Source of the DNA: a virus
Taxonomy: Duplodnaviria; Caudoviricetes
Strand: one strand, 5' to 3'
Length of the DNA: 64,000 nt
Virus record (IMG/VR): IMGVR_UViG_3300044611_001018
Position 1 is the first letter of the stretch; each line of letters begins with the position of its first letter. Positions 1-8,868 of this stretch are shown here, in pieces. A program made the translations under genes and the position numbers. Below the pieces are notes generated by a model. It saw only the letters and a program-made list of their open reading frames with translations, was not told the origin of the DNA and searched no databases.

Positions 1-70
1 CTCTTTTCAAAGTTTGATTTGGGCGGTCGTTGGTGTCATATTCGACACCACGATATACGACTTTAGACAT
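1..70 (-). CDS. DUF4278-family small protein, 5' part (runs off the window)
   Basis: Hand translation MSKVVYRGVEYDTNDRPNQTLKR; YRGV-Y motif; SD-like AAGGAGAA at 76-83; lies downstream of glnA-type RNA. Confidence 0.75.
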   Translation of the reverse strand, partial: MSKVVYRGVEYDTNDRPNQTLKR

Positions 71-100
71 TAGGGTTCTCCTTAATTTTGAGGCTAAAGA

Positions 101-270
101 GCGTTCCTTCAGTCGGCTTTTGCGTCTATTTTACACTCTTTGGGAGAGATTTGTTTAATCTCCCAAATTAAATCATTCTTAATCTGTTTAGGAATGTCTT
201 GTTTATTAACTCTCCCAGCAATTAACTGTGCCTGTAAGCATGAAAGAATGAGTGCTTCCATAGATGAACG
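101..270 (-). ncRNA. Glutamine (glnA-type) riboswitch-like aptamer 2 with a ~140-nt loop
   Basis: Minus strand CGTTCA-TCTAT...ATAGA-CGCAAAAGCCGACTGAAGGAACGC; same 5' and 3' blocks as aptamer 1. Confidence 0.65.
109..261 (-). CDS. 50-aa ORF nested in aptamer 2
   Basis: ATG at 261, TGA at 109-111; MEALILSCLQAQLIAGRVNKQDIPKQIKNDLIWEIKQISPKECKIDAKAD; below ORF-track cutoff. Confidence 0.6.
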   Translation of the reverse strand: MEALILSCLQAQLIAGRVNKQDIPKQIKNDLIWEIKQISPKECKIDAKAD

Positions 271-313
271 TTCCGTTCCGAGTCGGCTTACTTCCGTCCC
301 ATAGGGATGAACG
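269..313 (-). ncRNA. Glutamine (glnA-type) riboswitch-like aptamer 1
   Basis: CGTTCA-TCCC-TAT-GGGA-CGGAAGTAAGCCGACTCGGAACGGAACG; CGUUC/GAACG closing stem and GACGGAAGUA core recalled from the glnA motif. Confidence 0.75.
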
Positions 314-320
314 TAAGGTC

Positions 321-349
321 ATTATAGACCTATTGCATTATATAGGCAA
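321..349 (-). promoter_or_regulatory. sigma70-type promoter of the riboswitch leader
   Basis: TTGCCT(349-344)-17 nt-TATAAT(326-321), ending about 8 nt before aptamer 1. Confidence 0.75.
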
Positions 350-374
350 GTCTTTTTGTAAAATGTAATACATT

Positions 375-701
375 TTAATCTCTTTGTCTCCAATCGTCAG
401 GCTTATCTCTATCTTCCGAAAAGAAATCTACAATATCATCAACACTTTCAAATCTACGAATACCAAAACGTTCGTGACCCAATCCACCAATGTCAAGTTG
501 ATTTAAAAAATCATCCATATCACCCTTCTTCATGTCGGGATTTTCTGCTGTTCTTCTTGCTTGGCGGAGCATTGTACCTGCGGTCCTATTTGCCTTGGCA
601 AGTTTCTCTGCCCAAATCATATCATCTAAAGTGACTTCTTGATGTTTAGCAATTTTGTCGCAGATTGCTTCCAAACGAAGTCGATATTGTGTAGAGAGCA
701 T
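375..701 (-). CDS. Cyanophage-type hypothetical protein
   Basis: 108-aa ORF; CTAAATA late-promoter-like motif at 722-728; N-terminus resembles 37782-37973. Confidence 0.8.
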   Translation of the reverse strand: MLSTQYRLRLEAICDKIAKHQEVTLDDMIWAEKLAKANRTAGTMLRQARRTAENPDMKKGDMDDFLNQLDIGGLGHERFGIRRFESVDDIVDFFSEDRDKPDDWRQRD

Positions 702-736
702 ATGTAGTCTCCATATAGGGTTATTTAGTATTCAAA

Positions 737-940
737 TCAATATGGAAGAGATTTTAATCCATCCAAAACTTCTTGAAATTTTTCTGCGCGAGTCTTGTGA
801 TGTTCAACATTCTTCTCCAGAACATCCACAATGTCATCTAAAATAGTGTCTGCCGAAGCATCAGTATTAAAATACTGTTGAATTGCTTCAGCAAGGTATC
901 TATGCCTATTCCATTCCATACTATAAGGTTTATATGTCAT
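737..940 (-). CDS. Hypothetical protein
   Basis: 67-aa ORF in the minus-strand gene run. Confidence 0.65.
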   Translation of the reverse strand: MTYKPYSMEWNRHRYLAEAIQQYFNTDASADTILDDIVDVLEKNVEHHKTRAEKFQEVLDGLKSLPY

Positions 941-987
941 GATAAGAAAGATATATTTTTCAATTATAGAAGGAAAAATTTATTTTG

Positions 988-1473
988 TCAACCAATAGTA
1001 TCAAAGAAAAAAACTTGGGTGAGTCTACCAGTTTCAACAGAATCTCCAAACCCAGGAATCATACTTCTATGATATAGAGTTCCGCGATATAATATTAATC
1101 TATTATATACGTTACCCATCATTGTCACTAATTTTTTTTCTTCATTATAAATTCCTGTTCCAGAATTTATTGGAGCACCTGGAGTTAAAAATAATACTCC
1201 TGCCCATTCAACATCATCTTTATGAATCCAAGTGGAATCATCTCTTAAACAAAGTTGAAATCTAAAACAATCTCTATCTCTCCTAAATTCAATTTTTTTT
1301 CCTATTACTGGTTCTATTTTTGCACGCACCATTTCCTGGTAGTCATGGTCTGCTGCATCTGTACGACTACCAGGAAATGTTCCAGTATTTTTAAATGGCA
1401 AACAAATAACAGAAGACCTTACCAAATCTGGTTTATCTAAAAAATTATCAATTATAATAGTATCAATTTTCAT
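988..1473 (-). CDS. 2OG-Fe(II) oxygenase-like protein (DUF6445-like)
   Basis: IIDNFL start, WIHKD (HxD), WAGVLFL, NRLILY...HRS. Confidence 0.7.
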   Translation of the reverse strand: MKIDTIIIDNFLDKPDLVRSSVICLPFKNTGTFPGSRTDAADHDYQEMVRAKIEPVIGKKIEFRRDRDCFRFQLCLRDDSTWIHKDDVEWAGVLFLTPGAPINSGTGIYNEEKKLVTMMGNVYNRLILYRGTLYHRSMIPGFGDSVETGRLTQVFFFDTIG

Positions 1474-1601
1474 TTATGATTATACTTATCGGGATTCTTC
1501 TCTGAATCGTAAATAAAAAATGCAAATGGGAACAATAATGAAATTCCCAAAATAGTCCCAACTACAATAGGACCAAATGCATCAACAATTTTAGCAATCA
1601 T
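1470..1601 (-). CDS. Small membrane protein (43 aa)
   Basis: MIAKIVDAFGPIVVGTILGISLLFPFAFFIYDSEKNPDKYNHK; ATGA overlaps with both neighbours. Confidence 0.7.
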   Translation of the reverse strand: MIAKIVDAFGPIVVGTILGISLLFPFAFFIYDSEKNPDKYNHK

Positions 1602-1924
1602 CTTTCTATGTAACTAAGTGTATGATTCGTAGCATATAATTGTTCGATTATCATATCACACCCAATCTTTGGGTTACAATCGCCGCATGTAAATAGATCT
1701 ACTGCAGCCTCTCCCTTTTCTGGCCAAGTATGAATACTAATATGACTTTCAGACAGCAAAGTTAGTACAGTAACTCCTTGAGGATCAAATTTTTTAAAAA
1801 TTGTATTAACTACAGTAGCGCCGCTAATACTAGCTGCTTCTTCTAATAACTTTATTAGGTATTCTTGATCGTCTAACAATACAAAAGAACACCCATACAA
1901 ATTTAATAAGTAATGTTTCCCCAT
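1598..1924 (-). CDS. speD: S-adenosylmethionine decarboxylase proenzyme
   Basis: GKH start, LLSESHISIHTWPE pyruvoyl cleavage motif, DLFTCG. Confidence 0.95.
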   Translation of the reverse strand: MGKHYLLNLYGCSFVLLDDQEYLIKLLEEAASISGATVVNTIFKKFDPQGVTVLTLLSESHISIHTWPEKGEAAVDLFTCGDCNPKIGCDMIIEQLYATNHTLSYIER

Positions 1925-1950
1925 CTCTACTTTAAATATTTGACATTTTT

Positions 1951-2685
1951 TTATTTAGAATTGTTGTACAAGACATAATCTTGACTGTATACATCTATAA
2001 ATTTTTGATGCCTTAAACAATAGTCATTAAAAATCTTACAACATAATTCATAGTTTTTAATTTTTAAATACTCACCATCCATTAAATTTTTTTTCTTTAT
2101 TGGAACTTCGCAACCAATAAAATCAGATATTTTTTGTTCAAAAAACTCATCGATTCTAATAAGATTAATGTCAAAGTTTATTTTTGATGGTTGAAAGCAG
2201 TAATCTATAAATCTAAACTGTGGCAAAGTATGCCCATCAAATATAAATTTTTTGTTTCTTAACTCTAATAATATATCTCTAGAGTTTGGTGTAGAAAGAT
2301 AAACCCCAACCTCGCTAAGAAATTGATTGAATCCAGAAATCCATCTATCCTTTGGATGCCTAGTAACAACTAAAATTTTATATTCTTTTTTATATTCTTC
2401 TGGTATTTCTAAATCAAATTGACTCTGAACATTTGGTACTTGGTACACAGGTTCAAAGTCAATTAAATTCTTTAAAGAAGTTGATGCATTTTTTGATATT
2501 GGTATGTATAGAATTTTATATCTTTTAGATATGTAAAATGCATCAAATTCAACTGTCTCTATACCATCTGGTGTATAATCTAAAAAATATTTTTTAGATA
2601 CACATTTATCTATTTGTTCCCTATACTGGTCCCAATCAAAATTATAACAATCAGATGAGTTCATCCGAATCGCCACCATATTCAT
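1951..2685 (-). CDS. Sulfotransferase family 2-like protein
   Basis: ISKNASTSLK (5'-PSB loop), RHPKDRWISG (3'-PB), HTLPQ; start uncertain. Confidence 0.75.
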   Translation of the reverse strand: MNMVAIRMNSSDCYNFDWDQYREQIDKCVSKKYFLDYTPDGIETVEFDAFYISKRYKILYIPISKNASTSLKNLIDFEPVYQVPNVQSQFDLEIPEEYKKEYKILVVTRHPKDRWISGFNQFLSEVGVYLSTPNSRDILLELRNKKFIFDGHTLPQFRFIDYCFQPSKINFDINLIRIDEFFEQKISDFIGCEVPIKKKNLMDGEYLKIKNYELCCKIFNDYCLRHQKFIDVYSQDYVLYNNSK

Positions 2686-2866
2686 CCAGAAGATTTTTTA
2701 CTACATCTTCTGTACCATCAATAGTTTTTACTTTGTATAAAGAAGATCTCATATATTTTTTAATCTTCTTATATTCTTTTAGAAGTTTATTAACTTCATT
2801 ATCATTAATAACAACTACTGCCTTACCATTTTTAGGTTTATCCGCGCCAAATCCACTAGACATCAC
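2651..2866 (-). CDS. Hypothetical protein
   Basis: 71-aa ORF overlapping neighbours in operon fashion. Confidence 0.65.
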   Translation of the reverse strand: MMSSGFGADKPKNGKAVVVINDNEVNKLLKEYKKIKKYMRSSLYKVKTIDGTEDVVKNLLDEYGGDSDELI

Positions 2867-3147
2867 TCCCCCCTTTTTTTACTCTTAGTTTCTTTTGGAG
2901 TTATATTCCAAAGTTTAGGGTTAACTCTTCCTTCCGATTGTTTATACCACTTTAATCCTTCTCTATACAGATCCCAATAATAATCAAAAATGTCTATCTT
3001 TTTATTTGCGATAACAATATCATAACAAAGTGAATCATCAATACAATAATGCACTAGATATGCATTGTAAGGTAGATTTCTATCATTAGATAATTCAGGA
3101 TCACAATTTTGTTGAAGAATTTTGATATTCAAGAGCGACCTCCCCAT
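2863..3147 (-). CDS. Hypothetical protein
   Basis: 94-aa ORF, operon-like overlap. Confidence 0.7.
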   Translation of the reverse strand: MGRSLLNIKILQQNCDPELSNDRNLPYNAYLVHYCIDDSLCYDIVIANKKIDIFDYYWDLYREGLKWYKQSEGRVNPKLWNITPKETKSKKRGE

Positions 3148-3710
3148 TGAATATCTGGGTATGCCTCAGCAACAATATCTTTAGTAATCTTATATTTTTC
3201 TTGAAGTTTTTTGTCCTTAACAAGAACCATAATCTCAGCTTCTTTTGGATGAAGTCCTTCAAGCATTTGAATAAACATAGTCTCTCTACGGAGACTTGAC
3301 AAAGATGGGTTACCACCTTGAAGATAATTATAAAAGTTCTCCCACTCATTGCGAATGGAAGTTGCCCTGTTACGGATAAATTCATCTGCATTAGAAAGTC
3401 CTTGAACTTTGTTCAATTTTTCTACTGATGCAGATAGAGTATCATTAAATGCAGATTGCTCCTCAACTCTTGAGTAAGGAACATCTCCTTGTGGCAATAG
3501 TGAGATTGCCGTATCATCAAAATTCCAAATAAGAATTGCAGTAAGTCCTTCATTTCTATATTTTTGAAGGACTTCTACTTTTTTTACACTAGATCTTTGC
3601 TTAGAAACTAATTCTAAAATTTCAAATTGAAAAGAATTTGGTTGCAATTCAATAGGAGATTCAGTCTTCGTCTCCTTCTTCGTCTTCGTAATAGTCATTT
3701 GTGTTTTCAA
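3129..3710 (-). CDS. Conserved T4-like cyanophage hypothetical protein
   Basis: 193-aa ORF; RRETMFIQMLEGLHPKEAE motif typical of cyanomyoviruses. Confidence 0.75.
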   Translation of the reverse strand: MKTQMTITKTKKETKTESPIELQPNSFQFEILELVSKQRSSVKKVEVLQKYRNEGLTAILIWNFDDTAISLLPQGDVPYSRVEEQSAFNDTLSASVEKLNKVQGLSNADEFIRNRATSIRNEWENFYNYLQGGNPSLSSLRRETMFIQMLEGLHPKEAEIMVLVKDKKLQEKYKITKDIVAEAYPDIQWGGRS

Positions 3711-3891
3711 ATCGTACAGCTACTATTTCATCGGGAATAATATTCCCATTTTCATCAAACATTTCGGGGTGTGTATAAGCAATTGCAGTTCCTTCATAGA
3801 AGTGTTGCTTTGCGATCCATCCGATTACTCCACCCAAAAATAAAAACATTATTGAGAATAGGGCAGAGAATGTGAGAGTTACTGCTAACAT
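3661..3891 (-). CDS. Small membrane protein
   Basis: N-terminal hydrophobic helix, HPEMFDENGN, acidic tail. Confidence 0.7.
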   Translation of the reverse strand: MLAVTLTFSALFSIMFLFLGGVIGWIAKQHFYEGTAIAYTHPEMFDENGNIIPDEIVAVRFENTNDYYEDEEGDED

Positions 3892-3908
3892 TGGACTTCT
3901 CCCGAGAG

Positions 3909-4160
3909 TTATAGTTTGTTAATAATACCAAGTGAAATTTCAAATCGGAAGTGTATCTCTCGTTTAAGGAGCGAGATTACCTTCCCAAACATTATACCAA
4001 ATGTTCTAGGTTCTGGTGCCTTCTCCCTCCTGCTACGATGTCGCAACATTAACTCAAATCCACGATTAATATCAGAGGATTCAATTTTATTTATTTGACT
4101 TTTTCCTTCTTCCTGGTCGTTTGTCATGACTATATCTCCAGGCATCTTGAAGAATACCAT
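3909..4160 (-). CDS. Hypothetical protein
   Basis: 83-aa ORF; true start probably internal. Confidence 0.55.
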   Translation of the reverse strand: MVFFKMPGDIVMTNDQEEGKSQINKIESSDINRGFELMLRHRSRREKAPEPRTFGIMFGKVISLLKREIHFRFEISLGIINKL

Positions 4161-4482
4161 AAAGATATTCTTTTATTTTCCTTGCTTGTGGTTTTGGTAT
4201 ATGACCATACGCCTCACGAAGAAGTTTATGTTCTGGATCTTGACCTCCTTTTAAATATTCATCTAACTCTAAAATTAGACTGTTAATGCTTTCTGCTGTT
4301 TTGCTGTCAATAAATTGCTCAGCATGACGACGCTTTGCATTATTTGTTTTGAGGTATTGATAGAAATTTAATATAAACTTTCCTTGAAAAGCAAAGTCTA
4401 CTGCCTTCTCCACGTCGTAATGGAGTGTGACAACTTCTTCTTCCATGAAAACGAATGCTCCCATTTGTAAATTATATATCAA
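4087..4482 (-). CDS. Hypothetical protein
   Basis: 131-aa ORF with basic C-terminus; start uncertain. Confidence 0.7.
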   Translation of the reverse strand: MIYNLQMGAFVFMEEEVVTLHYDVEKAVDFAFQGKFILNFYQYLKTNNAKRRHAEQFIDSKTAESINSLILELDEYLKGGQDPEHKLLREAYGHIPKPQARKIKEYLYGILQDAWRYSHDKRPGRRKKSNK

Positions 4483-6098
4483 AAAGTAAAATTAAACAAC
4501 TGTTTCGTTTCGTAAAACCAAAGATAATCGAGAGAAGAAGAATTTAAAGTCCTAAATGCATCTTGTGGGGTTTCGACTAAAGGTTCTCCTGCCAAATTAA
4601 AACTGGTATTTAATAGGATACCATGCCCTGTCAAGTTTTTAAATTCATTTAAAATAGAATGTAAATGCCCAGAATTTACTGTCTGTATTCTACAAGTATT
4701 ATCGACATGTGTAACTCCTGGAATTAAATTTGTCTTGACAGGAAAGCAAACTGTCATGTGTGGATTTGGAATCACATTGTCAAAATAGAGATGCGCGTCC
4801 TCTTCAAGAACTATAGCAGCAAATGGTCGATACCACTCTCTATTTTTAATTTTATTAACAATATCTTTAGCATTTGGATTTAGTGCATTAAACAGTATAG
4901 AACGGTTCCCCAATGCCCTCTGACCCGCTTCTGCAAGATGATTATATACTGCAACAGACTTATTATTATAAAGTAGTCTTGCCACCTCTTTTTCATCAGC
5001 AAATGCACCTTGGTATTGTGATACATCATGGGTTAAACCATGGAAAAAAGTATCTTTAGATGGTAGTATTCTAGAGTCTCCAGACAATTGTCTATAAGAA
5101 TACATAGAAGCTCCTATGCTTAATCCACTGTCATCACACATAGGATCAAAATAAAATTTAACGTCAGGAAATCTAATGGTCAATTCATAATTGGTAATAA
5201 TATTCATACCATAACCACCAGTAATACAAACTTTTTTTATTCCAGTTTTATCTACATGTTTTTTAACCAGATTACAAACTTGTTCTTGACATTGACGTTG
5301 AACTTCGTAACAATAGTTTGAAAAAAATTGATAATTATCTTTTGTTATCTCAACCTTATAGTTTGCATCATCATTAAAATCCAGCATATAATCTAATAAT
5401 TCTGGATAATTCTTAAAATATTTTTTAATTGCTGCATCTGCCGATATTCTTTTACCAAAAAACTTTAATTTTTCTATCGCAACTCCATAGGAAGACAATC
5501 CCATTGCTTTACCACAATCATCAATTGTTTGTCCTATCGCAAGTGCAGCACTATTGTAAAGATTTCCTATATTAATTTCATCAGTATGATGTTTACAAAT
5601 ATGTCTACATCCATTTACAACTTTATCAAATCTTTTTTGTAAGTTTGCAGTCCAATATCTTTTATATAGAGGAGTGAATTTACATGGATATTCTGCAACA
5701 TATACAGAATCACATTCAAAAACTTCTGGGTCAATTGGATATCCACCTGCAGAATCAACACATATAATTAAAGACTTTTCAAATCCACTATTATAAAATG
5801 CACCAGATGCATGAAATAAATGATGGTGATACTTTGGATTTATGAATTTAATTTTAGGATTTGATAATTTAATTAATGAATCTTTTTTATCTTTATCCTC
5901 TTGACTTTCTCCAGATGAAAAAATAATATAATCAATATCGTGCAAAAAATTTTTTGAGATAATATCAAAAATAAATTTGTGCCCACCAGAGTGTTTCTTC
6001 TTATTGTACCTCTCTTCCTTAAAGTAATATTCAATTACACCATCCTTTATGACAGTTGCAGATGCATCATGTCCAGAAAAAATGGTTAGAACTTTCAT
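4479..6098 (-). CDS. Carbamoyltransferase, NodU/CmcH/TobZ family (full length)
   Basis: GHDAS, EERYNKKK, HHLFHA, DDSG, ALGNRSIL, KNREWYRPFA, NTSFNLAGEP. Confidence 0.93.
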   Translation of the reverse strand: MKVLTIFSGHDASATVIKDGVIEYYFKEERYNKKKHSGGHKFIFDIISKNFLHDIDYIIFSSGESQEDKDKKDSLIKLSNPKIKFINPKYHHHLFHASGAFYNSGFEKSLIICVDSAGGYPIDPEVFECDSVYVAEYPCKFTPLYKRYWTANLQKRFDKVVNGCRHICKHHTDEINIGNLYNSAALAIGQTIDDCGKAMGLSSYGVAIEKLKFFGKRISADAAIKKYFKNYPELLDYMLDFNDDANYKVEITKDNYQFFSNYCYEVQRQCQEQVCNLVKKHVDKTGIKKVCITGGYGMNIITNYELTIRFPDVKFYFDPMCDDSGLSIGASMYSYRQLSGDSRILPSKDTFFHGLTHDVSQYQGAFADEKEVARLLYNNKSVAVYNHLAEAGQRALGNRSILFNALNPNAKDIVNKIKNREWYRPFAAIVLEEDAHLYFDNVIPNPHMTVCFPVKTNLIPGVTHVDNTCRIQTVNSGHLHSILNEFKNLTGHGILLNTSFNLAGEPLVETPQDAFRTLNSSSLDYLWFYETKQLFNFTF

Positions 6099-6127
6099 AA
6101 TAAATACAAGATATTAGTGTTGTGATA

Positions 6128-6772
6128 ATGAATGTAAGAGATATATTATTTAAAGTTTATCCTAACCTAATTGAAGTAGATCTTCCCAAGTGGTTAGATA
6201 AAGAAGTAAAAGATAATAACTCAATTATAAAATCTTACGTTTGGAAAACTGATGAATTAAGAAGAATTAGACTCTGCGAATTAAACATAAGGGATAAATT
6301 TATCGCAGAGTCTCTTGTTATGTATCCAGACTTTCAATATATCAATCCAGTTTTTGGCACTGAGTATGTTTCATGTGCCAATAAAAAGTTTTTTGGCACC
6401 ATTGATTTTCATCCATTAAAAATGGACAGTGACTACGAGAACAAGTATATCAAAAAATATCTTGGCGATCAACCAAATAGAACTAAAGAAGATTCAAAAA
6501 TATACGATTTAAATACTTACTTTTCTAAAAAATTATGGTTAAAAACAAATGACCACGATTTTTATGAAGAGTACTTAGACAAATTAGAATTATATTTAAA
6601 CAGATATAATGATTGCACAAAAAAATGTGAGATGGAACTATCCCACATTTATCAAAAAGGTTATGATTATCACTTATCATATACAGACCCAGCTTATGGA
6701 ATCTTAAAGTCGTATTATGATAAATCTTTTGCTAGAAAATATATCAATGAATTTTTATTTGATCTTGCTTAA
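6128..6772 (+). CDS. Ferredoxin-dependent bilin reductase-like protein (PebA/PebS fold)
   Basis: MYP...PVFG, IDFHPL, YFSKKLW, DPAYGILKSYY...YINEFLF match the FDBR pattern. Confidence 0.75.
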   Translation: MNVRDILFKVYPNLIEVDLPKWLDKEVKDNNSIIKSYVWKTDELRRIRLCELNIRDKFIAESLVMYPDFQYINPVFGTEYVSCANKKFFGTIDFHPLKMDSDYENKYIKKYLGDQPNRTKEDSKIYDLNTYFSKKLWLKTNDHDFYEEYLDKLELYLNRYNDCTKKCEMELSHIYQKGYDYHLSYTDPAYGILKSYYDKSFARKYINEFLFDLA

Positions 6773-7008
6773 TTAATAATATTATTTTCTTTTAAATATC
6801 TTGCAGTATCTGTACATCCACCAAGGTGTTTATCATCCATAATTACTTGAGGAAAAGTTGATCCTGAACCAAACTCAGCATAAAATTCCTCACGATTAAA
6901 ATCTCTACCAAGTTTATATACTACATGTTGAAGTTCTGCTACTTTAAGTAGTTGTTCAATTTTGTTGCAGTATGGGCAACCGTCCTTAGAATATACTGTA
7001 AATTTCAT
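6769..7008 (-). CDS. Glutaredoxin
   Basis: CPYC, TFPQV, GGCTD. Confidence 0.93.
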   Translation of the reverse strand: MKFTVYSKDGCPYCNKIEQLLKVAELQHVVYKLGRDFNREEFYAEFGSGSTFPQVIMDDKHLGGCTDTARYLKENNIIN

Positions 7009-7010
7009 TA

Positions 7011-7667
7011 TTACCTATGAGTTGTTTTTCCTAATGCGACAATGTTTACATTCGTTGAAGTAGACTTGACAAAAATAATCTCCCCTGCGCCCAACTTAAT
7101 ATCGTCTTGACAGAAAAAGTGTCCAGGTTCTACTCTTTGATTATACACCAAATAATGATTGGAGCCAATAGTAGTTCCAATACCAACACTTACTTCAACA
7201 TAATCTGGAGAAGTGTTTGTAATATACAGATTAGCGTCAGTTTCTACCATCGATACTGGTAGATTAAACACAGTCTGACCTGCACCTATTTTTAAACTTG
7301 TTGATGGACTGAATGCTGATATAATTCCACAAACAGTGGTTGTTAAACCAACTTCAGATCCACGAAAACTAAATTTTACACCTGGAGAATCTGCACGTAC
7401 CACAACAGATTCACCATTCTTTAAAAATATTCCATCAGATATAAATCTATCACCAGTTGGTATTAAATGATTATATATAATGTAATCTGATATTGCTAGG
7501 TCGTTTATATTAGCGGTTCCCAGAACTGCAACCCTAATTTTTACTGGAACAGAACTCATATTAACAGCGTAAACTTTACCTTCTACAAAATTCGATGAAG
7601 GTGATGTGTAAAGTATATGAGCAAAATTATCTGTGGTTGGGTATGATGCTAGAGATCCAAACGCCAT
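7011..7667 (-). CDS. Hypothetical protein with two similar beta-rich halves, possibly virion-associated
   Basis: Internal duplication: YIIYNHLIPTG..FLKNGESVVV vs YLVYNQRVEPG..KLGAGEIIFV. Confidence 0.6.
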   Translation of the reverse strand: MAFGSLASYPTTDNFAHILYTSPSSNFVEGKVYAVNMSSVPVKIRVAVLGTANINDLAISDYIIYNHLIPTGDRFISDGIFLKNGESVVVRADSPGVKFSFRGSEVGLTTTVCGIISAFSPSTSLKIGAGQTVFNLPVSMVETDANLYITNTSPDYVEVSVGIGTTIGSNHYLVYNQRVEPGHFFCQDDIKLGAGEIIFVKSTSTNVNIVALGKTTHR

Positions 7668-7718
7668 GGATATACTTTTAGACTTTTTTATGTTATTATT
7701 TATTATAATAGGAAAATT

Positions 7719-8531
7719 ATGATCATACTTACTGGTTCGTCAGGATTTATTGGAAGTCATTTTGCAAATAAGTTAAATACTGGTGAAGATATACTTTTAA
7801 TTGATCAAGAAGATTCTTGGCGTCTGTTTAAAGATTTTGATGATTGGAAAAATGTCAGTCTAATCCTTCATCAAGGGGCAATTTCATCAACTACAGAAAA
7901 GGATTTACAAAAACTTTGGCACTATAATGTAGCCTTTTCATGCGCCCTTTTAAACAAAGCAATTGAATATGAGATTCCAGTGAAGTATGCTTCGTCAGCA
8001 TCAGTTTATGGCAATCAAAGTATTCATCAAACAAAAGGATCAATCAATCCTTTAAATCAATATGCCATTTCAAAACTACAGGTTGATTATACAGTCTTAG
8101 ATAACATAGAAAAATTTCCTCTTGTGCAGGGATTTAGGTACTTTAATGTATATGGTGATGGAGAAGACCACAAAGGTAACCAAGCAAGTCCTGTAAGTAA
8201 ATTTACAAAGGAAGTTAAAGAATCTGGTCAATTGAATCTTTTTGAAGGTTCTGATCGCTTCCTGAGAGACTTTGTGTGCGTTGATGACGTTGTTAATATT
8301 GTTCTCCATAACAACGCTGGAAGCGGCATCTACGACCTTGGAACAGGGTCTCCAGTATCATTTAAACATGTTGCAGAGTTAGTTGCAAAAAAAGAGAATG
8401 GCACTATTAATACCATTCCCTTTCCAGATCATTTAAAAGGCAAATACCAAACATATACATGTGCAGATATGAAGTGGATTGGTAATTATAAATTTAAAAG
8501 TATTGAAGAATATATTAATCTCCCAGAATAA
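7719..8531 (+). CDS. hldD: ADP-L-glycero-D-manno-heptose 6-epimerase-like SDR
   Basis: GSSGFIG, HQGAISSTTE, YASSASVYG, YAISK, RYFNVYG, RDFVCVDD. Confidence 0.85.
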   Translation: MIILTGSSGFIGSHFANKLNTGEDILLIDQEDSWRLFKDFDDWKNVSLILHQGAISSTTEKDLQKLWHYNVAFSCALLNKAIEYEIPVKYASSASVYGNQSIHQTKGSINPLNQYAISKLQVDYTVLDNIEKFPLVQGFRYFNVYGDGEDHKGNQASPVSKFTKEVKESGQLNLFEGSDRFLRDFVCVDDVVNIVLHNNAGSGIYDLGTGSPVSFKHVAELVAKKENGTINTIPFPDHLKGKYQTYTCADMKWIGNYKFKSIEEYINLPE

Positions 8532-8868
8532 TCCTGTAACTATCTTCTTCAAAATGCTCCGTAGAAAATTCAAATAATTCAGAATCTTCTAGAGCAATCA
8601 TCTGATGCTTAAGACCCACAGAAACATGAAATGCATCTCCTGGTTCTAATATTTTCATGTTTGCTTTTGCTAAATCATCATCCCATCCATACCACAAATA
8701 TATTTTGCCACTCTGTAAATAAAATGTTTCTTCTTTAATCTTATGATAATGCCAAGAACATCTCTTATTTCTTTCAAAAAATAAAAGTTTACCACAATAC
8801 CTTTCATTATTGACTATCCATTTTTCATATCCCCATCCTTTGGGGACAAACTTATTTAAAGAAGTCAT
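8515..8868 (-). CDS. Cupin, possible sugar-phosphate isomerase
   Basis: KGWGYE, HYHKIKEETF and H-rich second motif (H,H,E,H ligands). Confidence 0.75.
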   Translation of the reverse strand: MTSLNKFVPKGWGYEKWIVNNERYCGKLLFFERNKRCSWHYHKIKEETFYLQSGKIYLWYGWDDDLAKANMKILEPGDAFHVSVGLKHQMIALEDSELFEFSTEHFEEDSYRIILGD

